From IMG/VR virus record IMGVR_UViG_2684623151_000005: DNA of 64,000 nucleotides. One strand, written 5' to 3'. The first letter of the stretch is position 1. The number at the start of each line of letters is the position of its first letter. Under the pieces are notes generated by a model. It had not been told where the DNA came from and did no database searches. It was given only the letters and a program-made list of their open reading frames with translations. A program made the position numbers and the translations under genes. The DNA is from an uncultured virus (IMG/VR IMGVR_UViG_2684623151_000005) (Duplodnaviria; Heunggongvirae; Uroviricota; Caudoviricetes). This document shows, piece by piece, positions 63,340 to 64,000 of the stretch.

Positions 63340-64000
63340 ATGATTAGTTGCCTAAATAAAATGTACCCTAAAGAAAAAAGTTTACAAAAGAGTAAATCTT
63401 GGGGAATATCAATACAAAATGCATTATATGCAGATGCAATGAACATTATAAAAAATAAAGCAAATAGTGCTTCAGAAACAGGATGTAGACTTATAATAAC
63501 AGGAGATATAGTGCAAAATTCTCCAGGATTAAGTAAGTTTTTTGATATATATATATCAATCTTCAAAAATCTTGCTTATATATATGAAGGTCAAGAATTA
63601 TTTCATTATACAGAATTAGTTTTCGAACAAATAGTACAAGCAAACTTTACTAATTATGGAAGCTTTATAAATTCCCCACAAAACTTTATTAAAAATCATT
63701 TTAATTTTAATGAAAATGATAATAAAATAAATATACAAAATAAACATAACTCTTCTGAAACAAATACTTCTGAAACAGATAAGACAGATTGTAATGTAAA
63801 AGCTAAAGATTACGCAGAAAAAGAAATAGCTATTGCAGAAGAGGTTACTCCTCATGAAGAAGTTACTCCTCACGAGGAGGAGGAAACTAATACTTATAGT
63901 CCTAAATCTGAAGTTTCACAAGAGGAAATAAATATTCATAAAGATAATAGTTTAGAAGAAAAAACATTTTCAAGTGAAAAAAGCATTGAAAATGAAAACC
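63340..64000 (+). CDS. Partial ORF downstream of ParM-like gene (candidate adaptor), runs off the window
   Basis: RBS GAAAGGAGG and ATG 63340; frame stays open to the window end; acidic tail with an EEVTPH tandem repeat. Confidence 0.75.
   Translation, partial: MISCLNKMYPKEKSLQKSKSWGISIQNALYADAMNIIKNKANSASETGCRLIITGDIVQNSPGLSKFFDIYISIFKNLAYIYEGQELFHYTELVFEQIVQANFTNYGSFINSPQNFIKNHFNFNENDNKINIQNKHNSSETNTSETDKTDCNVKAKDYAEKEIAIAEEVTPHEEVTPHEEEETNTYSPKSEVSQEEINIHKDNSLEEKTFSSEKSIENEN

Noticed and set aside
63312..63873. Minus-strand ORFs 63312..63566 and 63616..63873
   Set aside because: They are shadows of the RBS-led plus-strand ORF starting at 63340.
1..64000. Prophage structural module or core chromosome
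   Set aside because: No terminase, capsid, tail or integrase genes are recognisable, and the housekeeping homologs lack their usual chromosomal synteny.

Overview
This is very AT-rich, Clostridium-like DNA with strong Firmicute RBSs (AGGAGG/AAGGA) and consensus sigma-A promoters. It reads as a segment of a large extrachromosomal replicon, most likely a clostridial megaplasmid or phage-plasmid. It carries second-copy housekeeping genes (FtsH, ClpP, class II RNR, RecD2, RecG, RtcB, HAM1), orphan methyltransferases, many small phage-like ORFs and a ParM-like partition locus. I see no rRNA, tRNA, CRISPR array or virion genes. Main discoveries: (1) An ORF-free ~790-nt minus-strand transcription unit (perfect TTGACA-N17-TATAAT promoter at 16660-16688, terminator at 15860-15898) holds four tandem structured RNA units. 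They have covarying stems, an invariant CUUCCUUCUA motif and variable 45-51 nt loops, and lie upstream of a 727-aa helical/TerD-domain protein, suggesting an undescribed RNP or guide-RNA system. (2) A 14-bp palindrome T(T/A)GAC-W4-GTCAA overlaps the -35 box of promoters at about 20 sites, including both of those promoters. (3) Four paralogous BspA-type LRR proteins have an N-terminal prepilin (class III) signal and are candidate variable pilus adhesins. (4) A non-autonomous IS200/IS605 element with nonsense-inactivated tnpB sits between an RBS and its start codon.
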